The notes under the pieces were generated by a model that made no database searches, had not been told where the DNA came from, and saw only the letters and a program-made list of their open reading frames with translations. Both the position numbers and the translations under genes were made by a program. This document shows positions 1 to 15,107 of a DNA stretch of 64,000 nucleotides, piece after piece (positions within the stretch are counted from its first letter, which is position 1; each line of letters starts with the position of its first letter). The stretch comes from Geosiphon pyriformis uo1 (taxonomy: Eukaryota > Fungi > Glomeromycota), in contig JAAOMT010000289.1 in assembly GCA_016748015.1 (NCBI GenBank), forward strand, positions 760,470 through 824,469, read 5' to 3'.

Positions 1-1570
1 TCAAATTAATTACATTCAGAAAGAAACCACAGTCCCAGTAGTAAATAATTTTCAGAACTATCACCCCTATAGAAGAAAAACAAGAGGTCACTTTGAAAAT
101 AGGTTACCAGAACTTTTGAAGCAAGCATTGAGAGAAAACCTTTTAATTGCCCCTATTGACATTCTACCAAATGCCACAATTCAACAAAAACTTCTACTAT
201 TTCTTAATGAACAGAACAATTAATATACTCTTATATATAGATATTTTCATATTGGAAAAACACTTTATGAATGAAAACTGGAATTTGAAGCAACCAACAT
301 CACTCCTGAGGCTATACAAAAACAAATTCACAATAAATTCAAGACAGCAGCTGGATCAACAAACACTCACTACAAACTTAGAGCAACATTTAGACTTTAT
401 GATTTATTCAATATTTGTGAAAACATCCTACAAAATCCAATACTCCATCCAATAAAGATTCAATATATTGAAAAGTTCACAAAACTGAAATTTTAACAAT
501 TTTCAGGCCAGATCATTTTAATTATCTTGGACTATTATCTTAATATCACAGATAGTACTTGGACTTCAATAGAACTCAGTTTTGAGGAGGAGATTATGTT
601 ACCAGTAAAATTTAGCTATTAATTAACATAAAATTACCCTCATAATTCTTATTATTAATTAGCATATATTATTATTTATTTCGATTATTACTTATTATTT
701 AATTAAATTATCAAATATTATTACTCAATCAATAATTTAATTTGTACTCTAGAAATTAAGATGATCAAATTACACAATACCCTGAACTATTTAACATAGT
801 CAAAATTCGCCGAAATTAATGGAAATTGGCCGAAATAATTAATAGTTCAGTGAAATAACTTATAGTTTGCCAAAATATATCTTTAGTTTACCCAAATTAT
901 AGCAAAGAGAAAAGTGCAAGTTCAAAGACTAATACTATAGCAAGTTATATAAAAAAAGAGCTTCTTTCTTCAAGAAAATATATCTTCTCATAGTATCTTA
1001 TTATAGCATCCTACTTTAGATATCTTAATTAAAACAAATCATCTTTTACACATTCAAATAAAAATTAAAATATTTAAAAACCAAATTCTTAAATTATTAT
1101 ACTTGAAATTCTTTCAACACAACTAACATTTTGAAATTAATTAGCTACCAATTTCAATAATTTATTAGTGACTTCAGACTTGAATAGAAAACGTTTTCCT
1201 TAACAGAATTCTATTTCTTTTATATTTTTTTTATTTTTCTTTTCTTTTCTTATCATAATTATTTGAGTAGTCTACAGACAAGATTCCTGTAAAAGAGTTG
1301 ACTTTCACAAGCAAAGTAACTACACATTTTTAGTGAGCTTTCAGATAAGCAATTCCTGGGAAAGAGTTGATATTTACTATAACATAACTACATAAAAGTA
1401 ACTGGCATGAAATTGGCTATTCCACTCATAAGTCCAGCAGTTCAAATTATAGAAGATAATTTGAAGATAAATTCAGTTATTGGAGGTTCAATTGCTTTCA
1501 GAAAATGTGAAAGTAACAACAAGCAAACAGTAAGAACATTCAAAAAAAGAGACCAAAAACCTTTGGTAAC
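1..1570. repeat. Degenerate AT-rich repeat-derived sequence, possibly an LTR-retrotransposon remnant
   Basis: Only broken ORFs. Short internal direct repeat ATTCCTG..AAAGAGTTGA at ~1284 and ~1352. No recognisable domain. Confidence 0.25.
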
Positions 1571-1574
1571 AACT

Positions 1575-3690
1575 CATACTTATGTATCAATAAACAATGT
1601 TTTTTTGCTTTGCAGAGACATTAATATCTTAAACATTACATATAACAAACTTTCATATTAAGCTAGTTATTAAGATAAAAAGAAAACCAAAAAACTTAAA
1701 CCAGAGTACAACTAATCTAATCTTGTTAAAATCAAGTTAATTAATATTTTAAGAACCACTATTTTTAATTCCAAGCCATCCATCTTAGCAGTCAAAACTT
1801 TTAAACTACTCAAACTAAAATCCAAGCCTTATTCTTTACAATTGGAAAAAAAAACAAGTAATATTAACAAATTTTTTAAAATCATATTTAAATCCAAATT
1901 TAAATTCAAAAACACAGAATTAGTTAAGAAAAAATTATAAAAGACAAGTATTAAAGACACCAGTTTCATAAAGCTTAATTTTGCATAATATTAGATACTT
2001 GATTTACCAAAAGCTCCAAAAAGCATTCTAAAGAAGCCAAACAAGCTTTAAAGAAAAGTTATTTGGTAAGATAGAAAGAAATTTTTCATTAAAACTTGAA
2101 GCACCAAGAAAATAAAAGCCAAAACCAGAACCAATAAATAAATCATTAGAAACAAAAACTGCTAAAACTATTTAAGCTCATAATTTACTACCAAAAGCAG
2201 TAGGATAAAAGATAAAAACGTTTTTTTTGGCATATAACTTGGCCAGTTAAAGATAATTTTTATCTAAAACAAACTTTTTAAATACTCTTAAAGATAGAGA
2301 AGTGAGAAAACCAGAAGCACTACATTTTAAAGCAAAATAACCAAAATATCTATATTTTTTCATCAAACCAAATCTATTCTAACCCAAAAAAGTTTTATAT
2401 TACCAAAAATTGGCTTTGTACAAAAAACAAATTTTAACTTTTTATCTGATTTAAAACTAATCACAACACAATAAATTCTATTGCCAGTTTTAAATAATTA
2501 ATTTATAATGTAAGTTTTTCTATTAGCCTTCTTTAATAAAGCACCAAAATCATGAGGAGTTGTTTTTATGAGTAAAATAAACAACAGTACTTTAAACTGA
2601 TCTCTGAATATTTTAATATCTTATTTTTTCATGGTTTTTGCCATATATACTAGATTTTTTTCTATTAAAAATAAATACTTTGCTATCAACTAATTTGCTT
2701 AAGCTAATTTGGCAAATTTTATTACAATTTTTTATTATAGCCCAATTAATTATAAATAGATTAACACAATTTGATCAAACTCAAAGAGAGCTATAACAAT
2801 TATTATTTTTAGCATATTTATAAGAATCTTCTTAATAACTGCAGTCCAATTTGAACAAATTTTTTGTTTTTTAATATTGTTGTTTATGATAATTTTTTTA
2901 TTTTTAACCAATAATATAGCTTTCTTTATATTTTTTTCTGATGTAAACATTGATTGGATGATTTCTTTAAATTTTGAAAAAGTAATAACTTTTTCAAAAC
3001 TATTCATTAATGAAAAATATTTTCTAATAAACTGAGTTTTTACCATTATTGATTTTTTTTTTACAGCCAAAAAATTAATGTCCAATACAAAAAAATTTCT
3101 TGACAGATATTTCTACTTAAGTTTTGGTAATTTTAAGATCAATTTATTTTTTGTCTAAAAATACTGAAAAGTAAAAAGAAAACAAACTTTATTATTGTCT
3201 ATGCTGTATTCCAAAGTTTTAATAAAAGAGTTAATTATCTTATTAATATTAATTTTTTTTTGTTTTAGAAGTATTTATGTTTAAGTTAAAGTAATTTTTA
3301 TTCTTACTACTAATTTTATATTTAGTATTATTATTAATATAAAAGATTATTAGCATCTTATTATTAATATTTATTTTATTAAACTGTCCAGTTACTTATT
3401 TAATTTCTTTATATTTTATGTTTGTCTTATCTTTTAAATATTTCACTTTATTTAAAAGCACTTTTTGTTACTAAACAAAACTTTTACTTATAAAATCTAA
3501 TGCTAAAACTCTTGCTAATTTCTTCTTAGGCACAAAACTACTTATAATAATAGCTAACTTAACAACAAAGAGATTTGTTTCTTAAAAAATAGTGAAAAAT
3601 ATTACAATAAAAACAAAAAAACTTTTTTCAAAAATGTTGACTCTTTTTGAGAATTTGAAATAAAAAAAAGAAAAAAGTTTTATCTTGTAA
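1575..3690 (-). mobile_element. Highly degenerate LINE copy: 5' end, ORF1 and the first ~30 codons of ORF2 (APE)
   Basis: ORF 2750-3085 (DINFLAVKKKSIMVKTQFIRKYFS) matches ORF1 of the LINE at 18795 (DINLLAVEEKLVMAKTQLIRKFF). The ORF1 C-terminus (SSLKVLTAKMDGLELK) lies near 1800 and an ORF2 start remnant (I*KFVICNV*DIN) near 1620-1670. Shares the 5' AAAACTTTT motif at ~3680. Confidence 0.8.
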
Positions 3691-4053
3691 AGTTTTATTA
3701 AAACAATATATTAAAAATAATTTTATAAAATTATAAATTAATAATTAAGTTGATATTTTTTTTTAAATTAGTTGTTAATTTTTTTATAATGCTAAAAAAT
3801 TTTGTTTTTTTTGTATTTTTAATAATATTAAAACTAATTTATTTATAAAAAATAAAACTTTAATTATTTTTGTTTTTTTATTAATTTTATAATACTAATA
3901 TTAATAATACTTAATTTTTTTTTTTTTTTTTTATATTTTAACGAGTGAGGTCCAAATGTGACCTAGTGCTATACATCATACAAATGATCTAAACTAGGTG
4001 CAAATCATGCGCTTTCTACACGTAACCAGCCACTCGGGCCAGTCAGGACTACA

Positions 4054-7000
4054 CTATACACTTATATGCACAGAAACCGAATTTCCAATACCTGAAAAAA
4101 ATGAACAAAATTTATGAAACCCAAAACCAATACCAAATGCCTCAGCCACCTCCAGCAATCTGACCACACCAGCCGAAAGCACCTTAGACAAACCAAAAAC
4201 CGAAACAGGAATGGAGCCATTACTTGGAATCAAACCATGTTTCTCCATAAATGCTCGGTGTTTGGCCCGGACCAACCAAATATCATCCCGAAATGCTAAA
4301 CAAAACTCACGCACAAAGCTCACAATCCTCTTAGCACCCTCCCTAGAATCTTTAAAGACCGAGATAGACTCACAAAACCATTTATCGAAAACAAAACCCT
4401 TACACAGAGCAACACTAACTCCAACCTCAGAAACACAAGAAGCTAAGGCCTGTAAGACACATAAAGAAGAGCGAAAAAGGCCAGAAAGAGCCTCCCAAGT
4501 TGAAGCATGTGCACCCAACAAACGAGCATGGCCAACGGCATCCTGAGAACATGAAAAAACATGATTTGAGGTCTCAACATCACCACAAAACAGACAAATC
4601 ACACTGGGGTAACTCCTGTCATATAAACACTTGCACACAGCAACAGGAAGCCGATGATGGAGAGCCTTCATAAAGTAAGTACGACATCCCGCCGTGCGCA
4701 TGCTGGTAAAACCAGATGCCAAGTGAGAATCGGGGTGCCACACCATAGAAGACATAAACCAATTGACATCAGCACGCAAATTATCATCCATAACACGAGA
4801 ACTCACTCCAATCTCCCAACGAGCTCAGTGAAACAACCAGAAAACATCACAAACAAAGTGTCTAAAATTACCAGAAACTGCTGTGCCACCAGCACATAGA
4901 AAACATTCACTGACTAAATAAGATAGGCACCAAGCAGAGCAAGCAGCACCCTTGGCAAGCTCATCAGCATGCTCGTTGCCTGAGACACCTGAATGACCTT
5001 TCACCTTAACCCAATTCACATCCAAATTCTTTTGACAAATAATGGTGGCAATGTAATGACGCTTGATCCAACAGTGGTTCCTAAAATCTGGACGAACCAG
5101 CAAAGACTCTGACCTACATGCATTTAAAGCAGTCTGGCTATCCGAGAACAAGTCAATTGAACGAGAAAAAGGAACACACTCAAAGGCCAAAGCTATGGTC
5201 TGCAGTTCCATCAGAGTAGAAGAAACCAAACCAGACACCCCAACACCCAAATTCAAGTTAATGTCCTCAAAAAAAGCGGCAGCACCTGCTCTCATATCAG
5301 CAGTGCCCAGACTAGAAAGAGACCCATCCGTATACACAGAAAGGCGGGCAGCATCAATGGTCGGCAAAGTGTCATGAATTACACCAAAATTATGAGAAAG
5401 ATGAATATCAAACACAGCTTGACCATCTACTAAAGAAGAACTTAAGGAGAAAGGAACAACACCACCAAGAAAGTGAACGGAAAGATCAAACCAGAAAGGG
5501 ACTGGGCCACGAGGGTCTAGCCTCTTCCAGCGTTTGAAGATACCCCAACTGAAAACATCACCATTACGGTCACGAAACTGTTCCACGAAAGCAATTCCAT
5601 AATGCCTGAGTGAAGAGATGCACTTGAAAAAACAGGATTCACCAAGAACCAAAGACATAAGAGTACCACACCAATGACAAAAAGCACAATCCAGAGGGCC
5701 TCCCAAAGACAAATCACACCCAAAAAAAATGCAAACCACACCCGCCAAAAAATTATCCGAGGGACCAACACCAACATGAACCGGAAACAGCAAAGGATGA
5801 CGAGAATGCCAGCTGAGAACCTGGAGGTCATGAGACCTATGAGAAAACAAGTGACCCAAGACACCAGTAGAATTTGCAAAAGCAACAACGGAGGCCGATT
5901 TACTCTCAGCCTGTATCTGTTCGAAAGTTTTTAAATTGTACAAAGAAGGGTGATGAAGTGCGTCACTGGAGAAATCACGTGGCAATCCAGACTTGGACTT
6001 TAAGACCTTGCAAACCAGAGCATCCTATTTACTACAAACACCAACAGAAACGAAACTGAACTGAGTCCTGTAGCTGATGATAGGGAAAAGAACTGCAGAC
6101 ACCAAATATGCACACTGTTTGTCCGAAATTGCCTTTCTTAAAACAAGATTCGCAAAGAACCGTACATCAGCCTAAGCCTTAGCCAAGCTGGGCTTCGAAA
6201 GACCCTCAGAAGACAAAAAAATACCCAAATAGCGATGAGATTCCCCTCTTTTGGCAATGGAAATAGGTGCCCTACTGATAGTCAAATGAGGATCCAACAC
6301 CCAGCAATTGATGGGAATGGCCACCGTTTTGTCATTGTTTATAAAAATATTGTTAAATCTAAAAAACTCACTAGCAACATTAAGGATGCATTGTGTAGCA
6401 GCCTGGCTGCTACCAATCCAGATAGTATCATCAACAAAAGCGCCGGCAGCAAGAAATGAAGACAGCCCAACTCGAGAATCCACCCGGCCAGTCCTTGATA
6501 TGAAATGAGAATTCAACCTGTAGCCATACACACTATCCTGTCTCTTGACCTCACACAAAAGTGAATCATAAAAAATACACCAGAGAAGAGGCGAGAAAAC
6601 TTCCCCTTGATTCAGCCCATCGTGGACATAATACCCATCAGTCAAGCCAAAGTCGGTCATCACTTTGTTGACGTGACCATTGTGAATACTGCCAAAAAAT
6701 CTAATAAACCTGTCACACATTTTGATCCTGACTAGACTCCTCCTAAGATGTTCCCAACCAACCGAGTCATAAGTCTTGCGCATGTTCTGTAAAACCAGCC
6801 AAAGTTCACGGTTCTTTTTCAAGGCATCCTCAACCACAGAACCGATAGCAAAAATGGGAGATTGAGTCGTTGTACCCTTCAAAACCGAAAAATTGTCCCC
6901 ACAAAGAACATCAAAAGTGCTGCAAGCCAGAGAGATCCTATCTGAAAGGATCTTGGAGAGAATCTTGCGGGCTGTTTCAATTAAAGCTATAGGATGGGTG

Positions 7001-8737
7001 TTCGTGAGAACTCCATTTATATGGTTTAGGAATCATCGAAACCCAAGCTTCTCTCCAAGGCCCAGGGACTGACTCGCCAACCAGACAGAAATTCAAGAGC
7101 ACCAAAAGCATATCCAAAACAGATTTGTCACAATGTTTCCATAATTCATTGGAGATACCAGAAAGACCAGCCGCTTTTCCATCAGGAAAATTCTTAACAA
7201 CAGCTAACAACTCATCAAAACTAATCAAACACATGACATCAGAGAAAGCACCATCGAATACGTAATCCAGAGGCCAATATTGACGGGCCCAATCCTCAGA
7301 TAAGTCAGACACCACCTTATGTTTTCTGGTCCATCCCTCCATAATTTCGTCCACCTTAGACTTAACCAAATCAGGCTCTAAAATCAACTCATCTTCTACA
7401 ACCAAATGATCCAGGACCACCTTGCAAAGAGAATGCTCCAAAACACTCCTAATGGTGTGACCCTTGTTCAGCTCAAAACTCTCCATTCTCTTACCAATAG
7501 CTTGCTTGATCGAGAATTCCTCAGCGCACTTAGATTCCGCTAACTTGAAGGAGCGGTATGATTTTCTAGCTTTGGCCAGTGCAGAGCAAATAAGATCAAA
7601 ATTAGAACCTGAAAGAAACAGAGACTTAACCACCGATGCACCAAGGGAGTTGAGTCTGTGCCACACCTTCAACAAAGAAGCAAAACCATCACTAGAAGCC
7701 AAACATGAAGCCTTGACCAACTTAGAAACCAGCAGCTCCAGCTTGTGAAACCTAGAAGAAGTCTTGGTGAACACACCATCAAAACCTTTGAACCATTTTT
7801 TCTTAAATGTACCACCCGCTGAAAGAACCATAATCTTGTGAACAATGTTCCACATAGCGTCCACATCTGAAAATTTTACTGCCACACCGAAAGCATCCGA
7901 GAACATAGAGACATTAGCAGCTGAGGCATCCCTGAACTCCAACCACTTAGCTTCATTGGTACTTTTGACGTCAAACTTTCAACGATCTTTATTCGCTTGC
8001 TTGCGAAGAGAATTCAAACACGTATCCAAAAGCCCACCCAGACCCAAATCCACTGAAACAGCTTGATGGTCTGTGTCAAAATGCTCACTGACATTTAAAA
8101 TCTCATGACGCACTATTGCATTGACAAGACTTGAGGAGACAAACACATAATCAATTGTTTTCTTAACGCCCCTAGAATTTTCCCAAGTGGGCATTTTTGC
8201 AGCCGGGCTGCCAACTAAAAAATTGACCAGACCCAAATCAAAGCATCTTTTGAAACTTGCACTTTTATGAGAGCCGTTTTTATTAAAATCGCCACCGAGA
8301 ATAATGAAAGAAGATTCATTGACAGTCTTTGCAATGAAAGAATTGATTTCACCAGCTTAAGAAAATTGAACCACCGAAGAAGCACCAACATAAAGCCCCA
8401 AAATCAACACAGAAAGTTTACTCTTAAAAAGTAATTTAACGGAAAGGAGCCGACCAGGCACCTCAGAAACCTTGTACACATGACAAGCCAAAGAAACGTC
8501 CATGATAACAGCAACACCCACACCCAAGTGACCAGAGTTCAAACCAGAAGTGAACACTCAAATACTGTCGAACTTGTCTGCAATCCACAGATGAACCCTA
8601 CTCTTTAATTTTGTTTCAGTAACAATAGAGACTAAATTGTTCATTTCCTTATGCCACCTAATAATGTCTTCTTGCTTAGTGGGATTGTTCATGCCCCTGA
8701 TATTGCACATAGCAACTTTCCAGACTAAACTGCTCAT
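4054..8737 (-). pseudogene. LINE ORF2 (APE-RT-RNaseH), disrupted
   Basis: Consecutive ORF fragments 8558-8737, 8357-8557, 7979-8236, 6977-7942, 6172-6882, 4825-5985 and 4054-4806. They are separated by point stops and a small deletion near 7015. Confidence 0.9.
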
Positions 8738-10527
8738 TAAGTAAGAGGTAAAGATACCGAAAGCACACCTAAACTGTCCACTTTGGCTGAAAGGCCCAGA
8801 ACTGTTTCCATTAAACACTTCATGCTGTCTTCCAGCTTAGACACCGAAGACATATCAAAAGACACTGCTCCCATAACATTCCCACCACTAGTGGACACAC
8901 TCGAACCCTCACTCATCACTACATCTGCCCCTTGATCCTGTGATGAAGGAGTCACCAACGACTGACATCCAGGGCTAGGCTGGGAAACCGTTGGTCCAAG
9001 TGCATTCAACCTCTTAGCCAGCTTACCAACTTGCTCCGCAAGGCTGGCAAGACTGCGCTCAAGAGTGGCGAACCTATCGTTGACTTCCATTGTAACCGGT
9101 TGGGACAGCTTCATCTCTGAAGAGGAGCCATTTATTACCACAACATTCTGACCAGAGAGGGGAAGCGAAAAAGACCCGTGAGCAACCTTTGCCCAAGAGA
9201 GACCACCAAAAGAGACTGAACGGGCAACCGGAGCCAAGCGTTTGGCATAGATGGTTGCCAGCCTGCTTTTATCCGTATCCAAGAAAACCTTACGCAGTGA
9301 ACTACTAGAAGACAATTTTCCACCAACTGCACAATCTAATAACGTGTGACCCAATTTCTTACACTTGGTGCATCTAGCAGAAATAAGATAAGACCAGCGG
9401 AGATTGGTGTCCCTGAGTACTGGTATGGTTCCCACAGCAGCATCCAATGATTCAGCAGAGTTGAAACAAACAACAGCACATCTGGTCCGAGCATACATAA
9501 CAGAATGACGATCAATAATGCACGTTTTCTCACCCACAGATCTAACAAAGTCCCAGATATCATGAGCATTGGTTCCCATCGGCAATGTATAGAGCAATGC
9601 CCTATGTTGGTCCCTAACATCCCACGCTTCCTTGTCTGAATCAGCCCTAGCCATACGCACAGCATCTTTCCCAATTAAGATGAACCACTCAGCTGCAGCC
9701 AAATCAGCCTGATCCGATCGTTCGAATTCCACCACCACCTTCTGCCACAGCCTGATTAACTGCATCTTGATCGTTCTAATAACTCCAAACTCGGATAGCG
9801 CAGCACGCACAGCCTTAGCCGATGTTCCAACTGGAATTTCTTTCATGACCACAGCCCGATCTGATCGCCCAGATGCTTTTTTGAGATTGGCATTTACTAA
9901 GATCTTCGAATTCGCAGCTTTATCAGTAGCTTTCATTAGACTCAATTCGGAAGTGAACGTCATCCTGATGATCCCTGAGAATTTTGAGGGGGTAAATGCC
10001 CCCCCAAAACCATTGATTCCAGAAAACAACTTCCTCACCACCACAAGTTTTTCCTGAGAAGATTTGCCGGCCACTTTATCCAAGCCAATATCCAATGCGA
10101 ATAATTTCCTGACTGAAACATTGACCAAATTTCTCACAGAAGGAGGGAGCTCAAGAGGAGCATCCGAGAGAATACCATTATCACTACCATCTTTTGAGAA
10201 GTCAATTTTCCTCAATGGCTTGCCCAACACCTTTTTGGTTTTAACCTTTGAACTTGTGGGCGTCTGATCATAATCTCCACCAGCCAGAGCTCCACCTTCA
10301 CCATAATCAAAGCTGGTTTCCTCCACCAGACACTCCTCTTTTATATCAACACTTTCAGACTCAGTAGTGTCCCCAGTCTCTAAACCTCATAAACAAACAC
10401 CAAGAACTTCAGCAGCAACCCTTCCGTTATCAACACCCTCTGCCAACACATCTCCCTTCCTCTTTTTCCTTGATGCAACTGCTTTAAAACCACTCTCAGA
10501 ACCAGAAACTTTAGCAGTTTTTTTCAT
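8737..10527 (-). pseudogene. LINE ORF1 (gag-like: RRM-like region, CCHC knuckle, coiled coil)
   Basis: Knuckle CTKCKKLGHTLLDC and heptad region LERSLASLAEQVGKLAKRL. Likely ATG at 10527 with one internal TGA near 10387. Confidence 0.85.
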
Positions 10528-10722
10528 AACAGCAATAACAGAGCCAACAGTTGCCTCGTAATCAAAAAACGGTTTTGATTTATCGTACTGAATGGTAAAA
10601 AACTTCTTTCAAAAAAACTCTTGACTCTTTTTTGGGAATTTTAGATGAAGGAGAAAAAGAAGTTTTTATTTATCCTTAATTTTATTTTATTTATAAATAA
10701 TATTTAATTATTTATTTTAAAT

Positions 10723-10724
<2 letters not shown>

Positions 10725-10756
<32 letters not shown>

Positions 10757-10757
10757 T
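10725..10757. repeat. (AAT)n microsatellite
   Basis: Direct reading. Confidence 0.9.
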
Positions 10758-10899
10758 ATTAATTTATTTTTATTTAAATTAGTTTTTGGCTATATTGTTT
10801 AATATATTAAATTTTAATTGATTTTTACTGATTTTAAAAGTTAAACAAATATTTATATATAATTTTAAATAATTAACATATTAAATTATTTGATTTTAT

Positions 10900-11500
10900 A
10901 AATTAAAAAAAAAATTTTTTTCTGTTTTTTAAAAATACTGTTTTTAATAATATTTAAAAAGCTTTTACAAGTTATTTAAATAAATAATTTTTATTTTAAT
11001 GTTTAATAAAACTATAAAAATTAAAATAACTTATATTAAAACTATATTTAGTTTTTATATAATTTTTTAATTTAAAATTAATTATTAAGAACAATATAGA
11101 GTTTTTTATATAAAATTCATATTTTGGATTTTTTTAAATATTACTATACAAGTTAAATTTATTAATTATTATTTTTTATTTTTAAGATTGCTAAGTTTTT
11201 AGTTATTTCTAAATTATTTTGTAAAATATTTTTAATTAATAAAATTAAAAATACTTTTAATATTTTTGGTAAAATTTTTAAAACTTATTAGTATTTAATA
11301 ATATATTATTGTTTATTTTAAGTTTTATATTATTATTATAACTATTTTTATTTGTTGATTAATTTTGATAAAAAAACAGTATTAAATTTTTTTAATACTT
11401 AATTAAAAAAAATTATTATTTTACATAATATTTTTAAGACCAAATTAATTATTTTTTTTTTGATTATATAGGTTTTAAAATTAATATATTGATCTTTTAA
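10900..11500 (+). mobile_element. Ghost copy of the ORF1-only element (almost all C and G lost); boundaries approximate
   Basis: ~10933 aatactgtttttaataatatttaaaaagct aligns to 40452 ggtgctacttctggtggtgcttgaaaaact. ~11017 aaaattaaaataacttatattaaaactatattt aligns to ~40545 aagatcaaattggcttatgttaagactgttttt. Differences are mostly transitions. Confidence 0.65.
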
Positions 11501-12167
11501 ATAAGTAGTTAAACTTATTTTATTTTTTATGTTATATTTTATATTTAATATAATTTTTTAGACTAATTATAATTAATTAAAAATATTTAAAAAATAAGTT
11601 TATGTATTATTTTTAAACTAATTAAAGTTTTTAAACAAATTAGTTATTAATTAAAAATATACTTGACCTAAGTTTTAAAAATATTAATTTTTATTGGTTT
11701 AAATAAGTAATTATATTTAAAAAAAAATATGTAAAAAATATATTTTAAATAAATATATTTATTAAATCAAGAAAAATTACATATTATTTTTTATAATTAC
11801 TAAAAAATCTTAATATGTGTTTTCGGTAATTTTATTAAAAATTGTTATCAAATTTATATGTAAGCTTTTTAAAATTTTACTTTTTTTAAATTTAGTTGTA
11901 ATTTTAAATTTAGAAAAATCAAATATTTTTTTGGATAAAATTGTATTATATAAGTTATTTAATTATTTCAAATAATTTTTGTTTCAAATGATAAATTGTA
12001 AAATAAAAATTCTTATATTTAATTATGTCACAAGATATTTTAATTTTAAAATTATTAAATAATCAACTTTGGTCGATTTGACAAACCACGTGTCATTCCT
12101 GGTGCACATTTATAATGATGCTCAACTTTATTTCTTGCCCCTATTTCTGCAGATCAAACCTTTCCAG

Positions 12168-14704
<2,537 letters not shown>

Positions 14705-15107
14705 CCTTTTAATGGATATTAGGAAATGATTATCTGCTTAGTATTCTTGATTTAATTAATAGTTTTATAATCGTACTTAATTTATTCAGTATCTATCTAT
14801 TTTATTTCTTCACATCTTTTAATCGCTGTAACGTTTCCACTGTTTACTAATAGGCCAAAATGACAGAATTTTGAGGCCAAGCCTTTTACTTACATAGATA
14901 CGATAAATCAAGTTCAGATAAAGGTAGATCTTTGACATATTTTATGCCTATAAATTGTGTTTGTTTCACAATGGTCACGTAGCCTAAACTAAAACACTTG
15001 ACCCACAAAGTATACATGACTAACTAAAGGTATCGATTGACTTGTAAAAAGTTTGTTAGTTGGGATTGGAGTTTAATATCATACATACAAATTAATAAAG
15101 ATAAAAT

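Larger units (their letters stand above)
3915..10667 (-). mobile_element. Full-length non-LTR retrotransposon (LINE), ORF1 + ORF2 (APE endonuclease, RT, RNase H, C-terminal Cys/His motif), inactivated by a few stops and frameshifts
   Basis: Poly(A) reads as poly-T at 3915-3932. APE motifs MCNIRG, ETK, IDYV and DH. RT motifs QGEVFSP and FVDD. RNase H motifs YTDGS, ELQTI, SDSQ and KVKGHSG..GNEHADELA. C-terminal CLFC..ETSNHVFSC. Confidence 0.95.

Noticed and set aside
4114-10561. Numerous plus-strand ORFs (4211, 5063, 7464, 9767, 10064, 10367 and others)
   Set aside because: They are antisense shadows of LINE ORF1/ORF2 with no independent domain signal.
3900-10700. TSD for the 3915-10667 LINE
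   Set aside because: Only a partial CTTAA match in very AT-rich flanks, so it cannot be called.
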